The notes under the pieces are model-generated. The model had not been told where the DNA came from and ran no database searches. It saw only the letters and a program-made list of their open reading frames with translations. A program made the translations under genes and the position numbers. 64,000 bases of DNA from Octopus vulgaris (lineage: Eukaryota): the NCBI GenBank assembly GCA_951406725.2, contig OX597819.1:111352001-111416000 (forward strand), read 5' to 3'. Below, piece by piece: positions 13,165 through 27,253 of the stretch (positions within the stretch are counted from its first letter, which is position 1; the number at the start of each line of letters is the position of its first letter).

Positions 13165-13542
13165 GTTTCAAATTTTGGCACAAGGCCAGCAATTTCGGGG
13201 CGGGGATTGGTCGATTACCTCAACCCCAGAATGAAAGGCAAAGTCGACCTTGGTGGAATTTTGAACTCAGAACGCAAACACGGACTAAATGCTAAGTATT
13301 TTTTCCAGCGTGTCACCTGAATTTGTCTTTATTGATTATAAATTTTGTCACAAGGCCAGTAATTTAGGAGGAAGGAGGTAAGTCGATTGCATTGACCTCA
13401 GTGCTCACCTTATTTTATCGACCCCGAAAGGATGAAAGGCAAAGTCGACCACGATGGAAGTTGAAGTCAGAGTGTTAAGACGGACGAAATGCCGCTAATA
13501 ATTTTGTTTGGTTTGCTAACTATTCTGCCAGCTCGTCGCCTT
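13165..13542 (-). mobile_element. Two adjacent Meta-SINE-like family B copies
   Basis: GATGAAAGGCAAAGTCGAC-like domain twice; head TTCTGCCAGCTCGTCGCC at the right end. Confidence 0.75.
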
Positions 13543-14720
13543 TTGTCATTCTATATTAATAAAGAAAAGAGGGGATTAAAGAAACTGCAGAGAGACTTGG
13601 GTTGAGGCAGATATTTGTTTGTCAGTTAACCGCTGATTTAGTTAATTAGTCGCATGAAGTGGCATGAATACCAGAAGTCTTTTTACTAATTAGCATACAA
13701 TATGAAGACGAAGATTTCGGGAGTTGTCCAATAAATTATCAAGAACTACTTAAGATTTCTAATTCAGGAATCGGAAGCTTTCCCCTACCAAGGTTGAATT
13801 ATCAGAGCGTTAAAGCCTATTCTGGAAAAATAAAGAATCCTTCATTTACGTATAGGCAATTTAAAACATATTGCCGTATTGGATTTTTGAGATTTCGAGA
13901 GAGGAATGTTTCACATTGACTTACTTGCACCTGCGGCAGCATTCACCGGGATGTATCGAGCCGGCTCCACCCAACAAGTTCACCATGTTTCTCACGAATG
14001 CTGACTACATCAGGTAGACAAATGCTCCGCCGGGTGAGCGAAACACATCGGATAGCGCGGACGCCTTAGCCGTAGTATTCATTCGCTGTTGTGGTGTAGA
14101 GTTCATGTACGGAATGTCAGTGGGAATGCAAGTTCACAAGTGCTCCTCTGTCACATGCATGCACATTTTGGGATAGTGTTATCCGTAACAGCTCATCTTG
14201 ACGTCAATTATCGACCGTTGCAGAGAATTCACAGACCAAGTCACTGCCGATTATCGAAGCAGATGTAACCCAAGTCTGAAGCGGGTTTCTAGAGACATGC
14301 TTTAACAAAAGCGAAGCGGTACCTCGCTGCCAGTTGTCTTCTAACACACTGGGGACCAGCCCGGAACTTATGAGAGCCGGGCTATTGCATGATAGCCATT
14401 GAACCTTTCACATTGGTATCTAGGTTTCCAACTACTTGTGTACGGTAGCGTGGTGGGATTCGAACACAAAGAGCTCCGAGTCGGGAGAGATAAGACAAGG
14501 TATGCAGTTCGACGCTCTTGGAATCCCCGTCTACGCTGCTCTTGTGGAGTTTTTTTTTTTTTTTTATGGACCGAAGAGGATGAAAGGCGAGGTTGATCTT
14601 GGCGGGATTTGAACTCACAGCGAAAGGAGATGGAGCAAATAGCACGGAGGATTCTACCTATAACTTTAAAAATCTCTACCGATTTACTACCTGTGTGTGA
14701 GTGTATGCGTGTGTATATAT

Positions 14721-14760
<40 letters not shown>

Positions 14761-15182
14761 GTATGTGTGTATTTATGCATGTCTACACACATGTATACAT
14801 ACACACACGTACACACTTACACACATGCGCATACACACACACATACTCACATATTTCTATGCACACAGTCGTCCGCGCGAACGCACGCGCACGCACAAAC
14901 ATCTAGATGGTCCAACTCCCCACTGTTCTCAATTGTGACATGAACAAGTCACGGTCGGTTGTTTATTTTCCGCACCATTACACTCGTTTATTAGCTTCAC
15001 TGTTTCTATAGTGTACAACGATAGATATTCAGAGAGATAGTCACGCACGCGCACACACACACACAGGTACATAGACACACACACACACACATACTCATAC
15101 ATACACACAAATATAGATAGATCGGTAGGTAGGTAGGTAGGTAGGTATATGAGTAGGTGGGTAGGAAGGAAGGTAGGTATGC

Positions 15183-15263
<81 letters not shown>

Positions 15264-16139
15264 TTGCACTACACACCGTTTGGAGATATTTAAAAGATAA
15301 CAATATATTTTTAATAAAACTTTAAAGCGGCGGCAAGTTTTCTTAAGAGAGATAATCACTTCTAGGACAATCATGGTTGAAAGTTTTAAACGAAGAGCAA
15401 TGAAAAAGATCCACAGAATATACATATTTAATTTTTTTTTATTGTTCGTTGCAAAGGTCTTAAAATTTCCTACCATGGGTAATAATGTATGGCACCATGT
15501 CATTCTTATTAAAAATCGTCAGGATAGCATCACATGAGGCAAATAAATCAAACTAAATCGAGCATTTCACGGAGGAAGACGTTTTCTTATACATGGAAAA
15601 TGATTGCAGTCGAAAAGACATTCATGGAATGTATGCATTATATTCATTTACTCGTGTGTTTATTTATTTTTGATTTCTTTTCCTTCACAGGCCGTTAATA
15701 GCTCGGCAATTGAAAGACAAGAGTGAGAAATTTCCAAATCTTGCTGTAGAAAAATTTTCAAAATGACTGCTCCATAGGTTTTTATTTTGCAGTTAACAGA
15801 GAAAATAAAAATAAAACCGATCCTACGAATTTCTAGAATTCTTATATTTTCAACAAAGTAACAAATATCACCTATATTCTATCTGCACTTAGATTATTAT
15901 GATATAACGATTTATTGCGTATACAAACATTTCGGATAGGCATGTTCATACACGTGCAGATTCACATTTAATATAACCCGATGAAGGCTTTGAATTTGCC
16001 ATTTCACCTTGTATTTACATTGAGTATGTTACACAGATGACTACTTCAACTTAATGTTGTTCCTCTTCCATATAATAGGGCTTTATTCTACCGGGCAGTT
16101 AACTGTTATCCCAGCGATTGGTACAGCTGTACCTCTGAA

Positions 16140-16584
16140 AAACCTAAACCTTGTGTATAATACGCACCCCTTCTCTAACATGAGTCAAGGAGGTCTATAT
16201 AACGTCCTTGGTTTGTAAAAATGTATACGGTTACGTCCTTTATTATTATTATTGTATATATAACATAATGCAAACGTGTAGCTTTTTTGTGCATTTTGTT
16301 TGCAGAAAATAAAGAAATAACAGTAATAAGGTTTAATAAATGTTGCTTACTGCATGTTATGGATGATTCTTTTATGACATCATTGCTTTCAGGCTTAGCT
16401 TAAGGTATTTTCGCCCCCAACATCACAAAATGCGTCTGAATAAACATTGCCGGACAGCAAATAGAGACTCGAACATTGCTTAGAAAATAATTTTCACTTT
16501 TAACCACGCGTATAATACGCACTAGGGATTTTGACCTTTAAATTTTGGGGAAAAAATGCGGATTATACTCGAGGATTTACGGTA
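16140..16584. mobile_element. Tc2-like (Tc1/mariner) element, one end
   Basis: Terminus GCGGATTATACTCGAGGATTTACGGTA and internal repeat GTATAATACGCAC twice; other end not found. Confidence 0.6.
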
Positions 16585-17587
16585 CGTAAATGTGTAGCAT
16601 GTTAGTTTAGCTTTCAAATTTGTATATTAATAGCTTTATGTGCGGAAGAATATGCAATCATGTCTAAATATACTGTTATATAGATATATATATGTAAATA
16701 TACGTCTGTGTATTTGTCTCTTTCTGTGTGCGTGTGTGTGAGTTCATTACTGCATTGTATGTGTGTGCGTGTGTGTGAGTGTGCGCGTGTATGCGTCAGT
16801 ATGTCTGAAGTAAGTAGTATATCTCTATAGTATTTATATATATTTCTATGTATGTAGGTGTACTATTTTACTAATGTGTTTGTGAATATGCATGTGTATG
16901 TTAGCAAATATGCGTGTCTATGTACGTGTGTATTTGTAGATAAATGTGTGTATTTGTATATGTTTCAGTGCTCAACTATATATATATATGCATGTGTGTC
17001 ATCGTATGTAAGTGTAACTACGTGTGTGTGTGTGTGTGTGTATGTGTGTGTTAGCATACATAAGTGTATGTGTGAATACATTTATATACCTGTAGATTTT
17101 GTGTAAGCATTTCCTTGAGATTGTATACATGGCACATGTAAGTATATGTATATATGCATTTATGCATGTATATATGCGAATGAGTGTCTTTCTGTATGTA
17201 ATACACATGCACACACACACAATCACACTTAATACGTACACATATATAATATACAAACACCTTACACAAGTACATATATATATATATGTTGTGTGTACGT
17301 GCGTGTGTGTGGATGAGAGAGAGGGAGAAAGAGAGAGAGTGTGTGTGTGTGTGCGTTAGTGCGCAGCATACATAATGAATCAATCGAAGGCTGCCATTTA
17401 GCACAGTATTGTAAACCGGATGTTTTCACGAGGATTACAACTGTGAGACTTCCGGAACATTCTTTTACACACGTGACCTACAATGTGATCAATGCGTTGT
17501 CACGAACGTGTTAATACGTTTCACACCTTCACACCTCTCCTCTTACCTCACCTCTCACAACTGCTGCTGAAGTAACACTCCGTCTCC

Positions 17588-17640
<53 letters not shown>

Positions 17641-17724
17641 TATATCTCTTCAGCAGCGCTTTACTATGAAAGGAGTATATAAATACAACACACATCCGCA
17701 CAAAGACGCGCGCGCGCACTCACA

Positions 17725-18462
17725 TTCACATACATACATACATGCATACATACATGCATACATACATACATACATACATACATGCATACATGCATACATA
17801 CATACATGCATACATACATACATGCATACATACATACATACATACATACATACAGACATACATACATACATGCATACATACATACCTACATACATGCATG
17901 CATACATACATGCATACATGCATACATACATACATGCATACATTCATACATACATACATACATGCATACATACATACATGCATACATACATACATACATG
18001 CATACATGCATACATACATACATACATACATACATACATACATACATACATACAAACATATATACATACATAGGAACGTATGTACATACGTTCAAATATA
18101 AATGGGTACCTATTTTATCATCATCATCATCATCATCATTCACATTTTCACGACCATACATACCTGTATGCATGTACATAGACACATAGTCACACGAAAA
18201 CACGCACACACAGACACAAACATATCCACGCACATACTCATACACACACGCGCCCATATATGTGCGTGTGTATCTCTTTGTGCGTGTATGCGTTTGGTTG
18301 CGTGTGCGTGTGAGAGTTATTTGGAAGGTTGATATTTTACGGGAATTTTAAGATTAGCAACAGAATTTTTAATGATAGAGTATCTATGCTAAAGGTAGAC
18401 ACCGGTTGAATATTCCGTTTGACGAAAGTTTAGATCCTTTTCAAAGGCAATACATACATACA

Positions 18463-18496
<34 letters not shown>

Positions 18497-18513
18497 CATA
18501 CATACATATATAT

Positions 18514-18544
<31 letters not shown>

Positions 18545-19415
18545 CATACATACATACATGCAAACAAACATACATACATACATACATGCATACATGCATA
18601 CATCCATCCATCCATACATACATACATAAATTCATACATACATACATACATACATACATACATACATACATACATACATACATACATACATACATACATG
18701 CAAAGGGGAACCTGGATAAACTGGGATTTTCAGAAAGAGAAATCGACATGCTAATTCGTACATTACAAATGCAATCTGTGAGTAGAATAGTAAAAATATG
18801 CAAGACTTTCCTCAAGTTCCAAATGTAAATTTGTCTGAGTTAACTACATCCCAAAGATGGAGCCTTATATCTTTGTTGGAAACCGGTTCCCTCCTCAGTG
18901 GAAGATTTATAATAATTAAAAAATAGAAGAGATATACATACATATGCATGAGAAGGTATACATAAAACAAAATATACAAATCTGCACATATGCATTCATA
19001 CAAAAACACCCTAATGAAGGAGCCTTGGATCTAGGTTAGAAACCGAATCTTTCTCTACTGGCAAGAAATCTTGAAATAAAACTGAATAATGACATACATA
19101 CATACATACATACATACATACATACATACATACATACATGCATGCATACATACATGCATACATACATACATACATACATACATACATACATACATACATA
19201 CATACATGCATGCATACATACATGCATACATACATACATACATGCATGCATGCATACATACATACATACATACATGCATACATACATACATACATACATA
19301 CATACATGCACACATACATACATACATATATACATACATGCATACATACATACATACATACATACATGCATACATACATACATGCATACACACATGCACA
19401 CATACATACATGCAT
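17725..19415. repeat. Three long (TACA)n/(TGCA) arrays with interruptions
   Basis: Seen directly; source of the MYVC/HTYI pseudo-ORFs. Confidence 0.9.
18700..19091 (+). mobile_element. 3' end of an RLE-type non-LTR retrotransposon inserted in (TACA)n
   Basis: NLDKLGFSEREIDMLIRTLQMQSVSRIVKICKTFLKF* resembles the RLE-element C-terminal tail; (TACA)n on both sides. Confidence 0.55.
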
Positions 19416-19530
19416 GAATGCATACATATATACAACTGTGCATACATTCATACGTACATATATGTGTATATGTGTGTAAATGTATGTTTCTGCGTGTACT
19501 GTTGATATGTGCACTTGTGTATATGTATTT

Positions 19531-19580
<50 letters not shown>

Positions 19581-20889
19581 TAACAAATGATAAATTTAAA
19601 ACGGAAATGCATTGATAGTGGAACTTGAACGAAGCTCGTATAAACATATTCAACAAAATAATATGAAAAACTGATAGCAAAACGGAAACAGAATTAAAGA
19701 AAATATCCTTAAACATCGATTTTATAAAATGATATTGTTTCTAGAATCTTAACTTTAATCACTGAGGTTTTGTGACAGTGTATAGAAAGGGCAAAAGGAA
19801 TATATTTGACATGATCAAATGAGAACGGTGGTAATTGACATTACTGCCAGTTACCACCATTCTCCTCAACAGAGAAAAACCTATCCACGAATAGTTAAGA
19901 TATACCGCTCAGTAACCTATCAGAATATCATGTATGAAATATAAACTACGGACCTCAGTTTGTTTGTATAAGACCATTGTGTCGCTAAGTATATTATACT
20001 ACTTGAGCAAGTGGATTGGGAGAGAGATCAAAGAAGTGTATGGTTTTATAAAGCAGCTAGTAATTAATTCAGGAGCTTAGCCGTTACGTGGATGAACAAT
20101 GAGAAACTTTCTGATAGTAAAAAGTATGGTAGATTACAAAAGTGTTTCAGTCAATCAATGTTCCACAGTAACTTGTAGCTGCTACTCAATATCAATCCAA
20201 GACATTGTTTATCACCTCATTTCTGTTGGTGGGGAACAAATCGATTATATTTGACGTCATACATTATGGAAAAGGTATCCTACAGAACTACAGTAAGTTG
20301 TACTGTTTTTTACTCCCGTTTTAAGCTGTCATCATATCTACTCACAAAACACGATATGTATTAAGAGCATAAAACTTCAATAATACCTCATTATCCAACA
20401 TTTGACAGACTTTGAAAGAAATTTGGTCAGGCGAAATATGCCTTTTTCATGGTAAGACGAGGAAATCTTGCGCACATGAACGGCTTAACGATACAAACTT
20501 CATATTCGGATGAGAGCTACAAATATGTCGAACAGGAAGAGAGTGTCAATTAGAATGCGTTCTTTAACAAGAAAAACCCAGATTTGAATACCTCAAGTGT
20601 TGAATGAAAATATGCTCATCAGAACCCTTAACCTACAACAAATCTATAGCTGGCTCCTGTGCTGTATCTATCCTTCAGAATTGGTCGATATAGGAACTTA
20701 GCAAGATATATCTGGTAACAAGACACTGCTTAGTGTAACCAGAAATTTTAACAACAGAGATATAGATAGATATTTCATACGACGGTACTCTTTGTGGAAG
20801 TGATATTAAGTATAACTTCACATCACTAATATCTCGGGCTTGTTGGCAGTCGCCAAATGATTTTTTTCTATTACCTTCATCCATCTTCA

Positions 20890-21305
20890 CTACCCACTAT
20901 TCCTAGAGTGCCGTTGGTGTAGAACCCTCAGGCACCTCTTCCATAAAGTCCGATCAGAAACAACCGTTCTTAGATTTTTCACCTGGACTCCCAAGCGTGG
21001 CCAGCTGAAAATATTGTCGCATTGTTTGTCTAACCCTAGGTCTCCTGTCGGTTGGCTTGGCTTGAAGAATCTGTTTTGAGATACTTTCTGTAGGACCAGA
21101 GCTGTGATTTCCAAATGCGAAGAATCAGCGTTTTGAGCTGGAGAGACTCTCTAATCTCCAAGCTACGCAACCTGACGTCGTTTGCAGGAACACCATTTCT
21201 GCTACATGTATTCGTGATTGTATTTTTTCTGTCAATACCCAACATTCATGATCACAGGTGAGGATGAGCATAAAAAAAATGGATTGAAGATAGCAAGTTT
21301 GGCCT
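20890..21305 (-). pseudogene. RTE/RTE-X LINE C-terminal fragment
   Basis: Frameshifted LILTCDHECWVLTEK / LRSLEIRESLQLKTLILRIWKSQLW / WPRLGV..LRTVVSDRTLWK. Confidence 0.7.
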
Positions 21306-21571
21306 TTATACCGACCTTTCCTCTTCTGAGGTCTGCCATACTACTGTACGGGCATTAAGAGGAGACTGCAATATATTTTTCGAAGGAACCTTTCTACTTA
21401 AAATCCGAACGCGTCGCTTGCAAACCCGCGTGACGAACGATGCAGTATAGTTATTCCCCTTGAACTTATATATTGCAGTTTTTGGTTGTCTTATGGCGCC
21501 AAGCACCAACTTTTTTTTTTTGCATTTGACCCGCCAAAATCAAGACAGGAAATAAAATTTGACATAAATTC

Positions 21572-21996
21572 CTCTTTCTTTTACTCTTTTACTTTTTCAG
21601 TAATTTGACTGTGGCCATGCTGGAGCACCGCCTTTAGTCGAGCAAATCGACCCCAGGACTTATTCTTTGTAAGCCTAGTACTTATTCTATCGGTATTTTT
21701 TGCCGAACCGCTAAGTTACGGGGAACGTAAACACATCTGCATCGGTTATCAAGCGATGTTGGGGAGACAAACATAGATACACAAACATATACACACACAT
21801 ACATATATATATACATATATATATACATATATGCGACAGGCTTCTTTCAGTTTCTGTCGACTAAATTCACTCACAAGGCTTTGGTCGGCCCGAGGCTATA
21901 GTAGAAGACACTTGCCCAAAGTGCTACGCAATGGAACTGAACCCGGAATCTTGTGGCTGGTAAGCAAGCTACGTACTACACAGCCATTCCTACGCC
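21572..21996 (-). mobile_element. SINE family A
   Basis: Full reverse-complement copy of 2513-2978. Confidence 0.9.
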
Positions 21997-23669
21997 TCTC
22001 CAAGGAACTTTTGAAAATCCTACATAACTCAACAACTTCTTTTGGGGATATTACATACATACGTTTTTCAATATGCCCTTTTATAAGACTACAGTGTGTG
22101 TGTGTGTGTGTGTGTATGGTTGGAGGGAAATTTTGGCTGACATTTCTAGCAGGTCTAAAAATTGTATAGAAACTGTTGCTGCAGCTATGTTAATATTATG
22201 ACTGCTGCTACTTCTACTACCGCTGCTCCTACAGCTGCTGTTGTTGCTGCTGCCGCTGCTGCAGGTGGTGGTGTTTTATCTAATTCTTCAAGCTGTTTAG
22301 TTGTACACATTAACACATTCTTTACAACAGAGCGGTTAAATTGCATAGTTTTGTTGTTTGTGTTGTAGTTATTTCGTGTTGACCAGACACTACAAACACG
22401 ACCACTAGTGTAACTACGACTACAACAACTACAAGGACAGCAGCCACAGCAACAACAACTACAAGAGAAATAACAAAAAAGCTGAGCACAAAATTTCAAG
22501 AGCCAATACTAACAACATACCAGCTTCCCTTATTGAAACACAATCAATAGATTCCTGTTGTACATCGTTTTGTTTACCTTCTTCGTCTTCTAACGTCAAC
22601 AAGAACTCCCGTCCATCGGCCCCAGTCGACATCCACCACCACCACTACCACAACCACCACCACCACCACCACCACTAACAACAACATCATCACCGCTACC
22701 GTCTACACACACAAACAACACCCTCACCAGCAGTAGCGCCACCACCACCACCACAACTAACACCACCAGCACTACTACTGTTACCAGCAACACTTTGTCA
22801 TCATCACCACCATCATCATTACCGCCGCCACCGCCACCACCAATACCACTACCACCTTCATCAGCGTCGTCGTTGTCATCATCACTATCATCATCATCCT
22901 CGTCGTCGTTGTCATCATCATCATCATCATCATCATCATCTACATCTCAGATTTAGCCAAATAGTTTTCTATCTTCCAATGGTGAAGGCAGTGGTGGTGG
23001 TGGTGGTCATCGTCGCCATCGTGTTAGTGGTTATGGTGGCATTGGCGGTGGTCATGATGATGTTGGTGGTGGTGTGGTTATTAGTTCTGGCGGTGGTGCC
23101 ACTATTGTTGGTAGTAGTAATGGCGGTGATGGCTTTGGCAACGGCTGCGGTGGCGGCTGAGGCAAATATGGAGGTTCCTATTGACTATGCTATTTAAAAA
23201 TGCTTATGCATGGAGTTTAAAGCCCCTCATCCAGTGGTCCCTTGTTTTCAATATTTACATTAGGGACCCCTTAACATTCCTCTCCATGCCAGTGTTTACC
23301 CACAGGTGTTGAGTGAGGTGATTGTCTGCGAAATGTTTGTTGGTTTACCTTTTTGCTTTTCTTATTTTGTGGTTTATTTGATCTTTACCTGGAAGCAAGC
23401 AGTAATGGTTGCTACCCTACTTGTAGTGGTGGTGGTGGTGGTGGTGGTGGTGGTGGTTATGGTGGTGGTGGTGGTGGTGGTGTTGGTGCTGGAGCTGTTG
23501 CTGGAGCTGTTGCTGGTGCTGCTGCTGGTGCTGCTGCTGGTGCTGCTGCTGGTGCTAGTGCTGGTGCTGGTGCTAGTAACAGAGACGGTGGTGGTGGTGG
23601 TGGTGGTGGTGGTGGTTATGGTGGTGCTGTTGCTGTTGCTTGCGCTACAGATAGAGACGGCGGCGGAGG

Positions 23670-24240
23670 TGGTGGTGGTGGTGGTGGTTTTAGTGATAGA
23701 GACGATGATGGTGATGGCGGTGGTGTTAGTGATGTTGGTGATGATGGTTGTGGAGGTCATGGTGATGATAAAGATGGTTGAGGTGATAGTGGGGGTAGTG
23801 ATGGTGGTTGTGGTACTGGTAGTGGTGGTGATAGTAGTGGTTGCAATGGTGATGGTGGAGATGGTGATAGTAGTAGTAGTAGTGGTGGTGAAGATGGTTG
23901 AGGTGGTAGCAGTGGTATGGTGATGGTGGTGATAGTGTTGGTAGTAATGGTGGTGGTGGTGGTGGTTTTAGTGATAGAGACGATGATGGTGATGGCGGTG
24001 GTGTTAGTGATGTTGGTGATGATGGTTGTGGAGGTCATGGTGATGATAAAGATGGTTGAGGTGAGTGGTGGTGGTGTGGTACTGGTAGTGGTGGTGATAG
24101 TAGTGGTTGCAATGGTGATGGTGGAGATGGTGATAGTAGTAGTAGTGGTGGTGGTGAAGATGGTTGAGGTGGTAGCAGTGGTGATGGTGATGGTGGTGAT
24201 AGTGTTGGTAGTAATGGTGGTGGCGGTGGTGGTGGTGATA
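23670..24240. repeat. ~278-bp tandem duplication of GGT/GAT-rich sequence
   Basis: TTTTAGTGATAGAGACGATGATGG... starts at 23688 and again at 23966. Confidence 0.85.
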
Positions 24241-24417
24241 GTTTTGTGATGGTAGTGGTGGTAGTGGTGGCGGCGGTTATGTTTGGTAGTAGCTGTAGTC
24301 GTAGAATATGCAGTGGTGGCGATGTAGTTCTTTAACCAGACCCAGGTCAGTTCTGAATGCGAAAGACCTTCGACATGCCATGGCATAACTGTACTTGAAC
24401 TCTAGTTAGAGATATTC

Positions 24418-24570
24418 GTGGCTGTGTGGTAAGAAGCTTGCTCCCTAACCACATCGCTCTGGGTTCAGTCCCACTGCGTGGCACCTTGGCCAAGTGTCTT
24501 CTACTATAGCCTCGTGCTGACCAAAACCTGAGTTGATTTGGTAGACGGAAACTTTGCAAAGAGGACCGTC

Positions 24571-24571
<1 letters not shown>
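24418..24571 (+). mobile_element. SINE family A, 5' half
   Basis: Head plus core, ending at (TA)n. Confidence 0.85.
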
Positions 24572-24632
<61 letters not shown>

Positions 24633-25103
24633 TTACAGTTGCATAGTTTTATGTTGATGTTCGCAATGAACCGGAAATTCTCAAAGAATTTTGGCATTTT
24701 CTACCCAGTTACAGCCTCAGAAGAATGCTTATCCCACTTACCAACAGTTTTGGTTTTATAATATCGACACATCAATTCATGTAGATATTGGCCTATTCTG
24801 TCATGTGGTGATTTATACTCTACTGGTGCTACAACTTTACATCCAGATATTAACGGGTCTTTTTAGAAGCTTCCACAATTAATACTGATTTCATCAGAAT
24901 TCATAGAAAAAAATCATGCCGGTAAAGACATTTCAGGACACTAATATTTTAAACTTATCGTATTCCCAACCAAGTAAGGCATCGACGCTAATACCTGTTT
25001 GATTAGGCATACACGCATATCTACGAAACTACATCTATAGTATCTACGTATTTCAGCATCATTCATGACTTAACAGATAATTCTATACCGTATTCATGTA
25101 TGC

Positions 25104-25140
<37 letters not shown>

Positions 25141-25690
25141 AAAGGCGTACTTGCATATACATATATACATTTGTATTATATTATTATATCACATTGCATG
25201 CTGGCGATACATCAAAGACAGAACTATACCAAAATATTTGTAAGATATTTCTAATAATATCCTCGCTTTCCCGCCAATGAAGATATACAAACGTATAACT
25301 GGTTTTAGAGCTCTGTCAGTAAATACAATGAATAAAACATCACATACACATACGAAAAACAAAAACAAACAAAAAACCGCAAAGAACGTATCTATCGCAA
25401 TGTGTATTTCTTTATGATATGTACATGTGTTGTGTTAATTGTTGAATATCTAGTTCTTTCTTTTTTTTTTTCCTTTTTTCTGCTTCATCCTTTTGTGTTT
25501 CTATAAACTGTTCTGTAACAATGTATCAAAGACTCTAAATTGTGAAAGAAATTCTTACGGAAATTTCATGGAAAAGGCTGTAGATCTGTGACAAAAGTTT
25601 GCGACAAATGAAATGATAGTGGAAGGGAAACAGAAATACTGCACGTTACCATTTTAGGTATTAGATGTGAGTGTGCGTGCGTGTACAATG

Positions 25691-25741
<51 letters not shown>

Positions 25742-25869
25742 TAATATTATGTTAATAAACTAAAATATGTCAATCGTAAATCTCCATTTTCTTTTCATTT
25801 ACACACGCACGCGCGCACACACACATACACACACACGCACACATCTAATACCTAAAATGGTAACATGCA

Positions 25870-25909
<40 letters not shown>

Positions 25910-25911
<2 letters not shown>

Positions 25912-26115
25912 AAATGTGACCGCGTGTGTACCGATGGCGATTTTTTTTCCCTCTGTCTTCCCTTCTCTGGATCTTTTCTTCTCCTATGTTTCCGACGAAG
26001 AACTCCGTTCGAAACGTTAAACCCTCCTTTCCTTCTTTCCTGAGCGTCCAGTAATACTATATTTATTCCACGTCCTCGCGTTGTTGTGTTCTTTTGTGCT
26101 TTCTTATTTGGATTA

Positions 26116-26120
<5 letters not shown>
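25910..26120 (+). mobile_element. HHR-bearing unit family H1
   Basis: (TA)n on both sides; homologous to the reverse complement of 1-215. Confidence 0.75.
25988..26022 (+). ncRNA. Minimal hammerhead-like motif (U4C variant)
   Basis: GUUU-CCGACGA-A-GAAC ucc GUUC-GAAA-CG-U-U-AAAC. Confidence 0.55.
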
Positions 26121-26154
<34 letters not shown>

Positions 26155-26247
26155 AATATTTGACGGTCATGCGTACAAACATAAACATATTTAATTCAGT
26201 CTGTTTTAGAATCTAAAACTCCTCATATGTAATTTTTGCCAAATATT

Positions 26248-26333
26248 TCCCTGATGAGATTCTTACCCCAAATTTTCAAAACCGTGAAATTTTATAAATT
26301 TATTATTGGGTCTGAATCGAAATAATTGTAGGA
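26248..26333 (+). ncRNA. Type I hammerhead ribozyme with extended helix II (family H4)
   Basis: UCC-CUGAUGA-GAUUC uu ACCCAA...UUGGGU cu GAAUC-GAAA-UAAUUG-U-A-GGA; predicted cleavage after A26330. Confidence 0.75.
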
Positions 26334-26680
26334 TTATAATATTTATATTTAAATCATATCATATTAATAATAATGATATACTATTATGATAACAAATTAA
26401 AATATGTCAATCGTAAACCTTCGTTTTCTTTTCAATTTTGTATATTGCATTTACGCTCATTCGAATTGTGAAAAAAGTTTTTCTCTATTATATTGGGTAT
26501 CAAACCAGTCAAACCAGTGAAAAATTGAATGCTTTCGCCCCTATAGGAAGGGCATATTTTCCTGGTATTGGAAGTGCGCACACAAACACACATATATGCA
26601 TCGATACATGTATAAATTCAAACCTATACATGCATATGTTTATGTATAAAAGTATATATGTATATGTATACATGTACACG

Positions 26681-26711
<31 letters not shown>

Positions 26712-26753
26712 GTGTGTGTATACATACACATACATATACATACGTATGCATGT

Positions 26754-26794
<41 letters not shown>

Positions 26795-26892
26795 CGGAGA
26801 AGATGTTTAATAATGAAGTATTTATATTGAATGGCATTTAATAAATCTATATCTCTCTCCCCGTCTCTCGCACTCCCTCTATATCGCTTTTT

Positions 26893-26992
<100 letters not shown>

Positions 26993-27039
26993 CATACATA
27001 CACACAGCGTGTGCATGCGTGCGTGTGCAAGTGTGTGCA

Positions 27040-27253
27040 TAACCTTTCTACTATAGGCACGAGGTCTGAAATTTGGTGTGAAGAGACCAATCGATTACAT
27101 TGATCCCAGTGTTTCACTGGAACTTAAGATATCGACCCCGAAAGGAAGACAAACTCGACCTCAGAGGCATTTGAACTCAGAACGTAAAGACAAGCGAAAT
27201 ACTGCTTAAGCATTTTGCCTGGCATGCTAACGATTCTGCCAGCTCGTCGCCTT
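27040..27253 (-). mobile_element. Meta-SINE-like family B
   Basis: Reverse-complement homology to 7431-7835. Confidence 0.75.

Noticed and set aside
13918-14010. Minus-strand PGECCRRCK followed by GTAAGT (VWC-like exon end)
   Set aside because: In-frame stop shortly upstream, weak acceptor, no other VWC cysteines
15665-15730. Strong splice-acceptor-like TTTCTTTTCCTTCACAG with a possible 32-nt micro-exon
   Set aside because: Motif only; common by chance in AT-rich DNA; no partner exons
22409-22678. Start-less open frame rich in N/S/H (and a 57-aa antisense ORF)
   Set aside because: No usable acceptor or start in frame; bounded by triplet repeats
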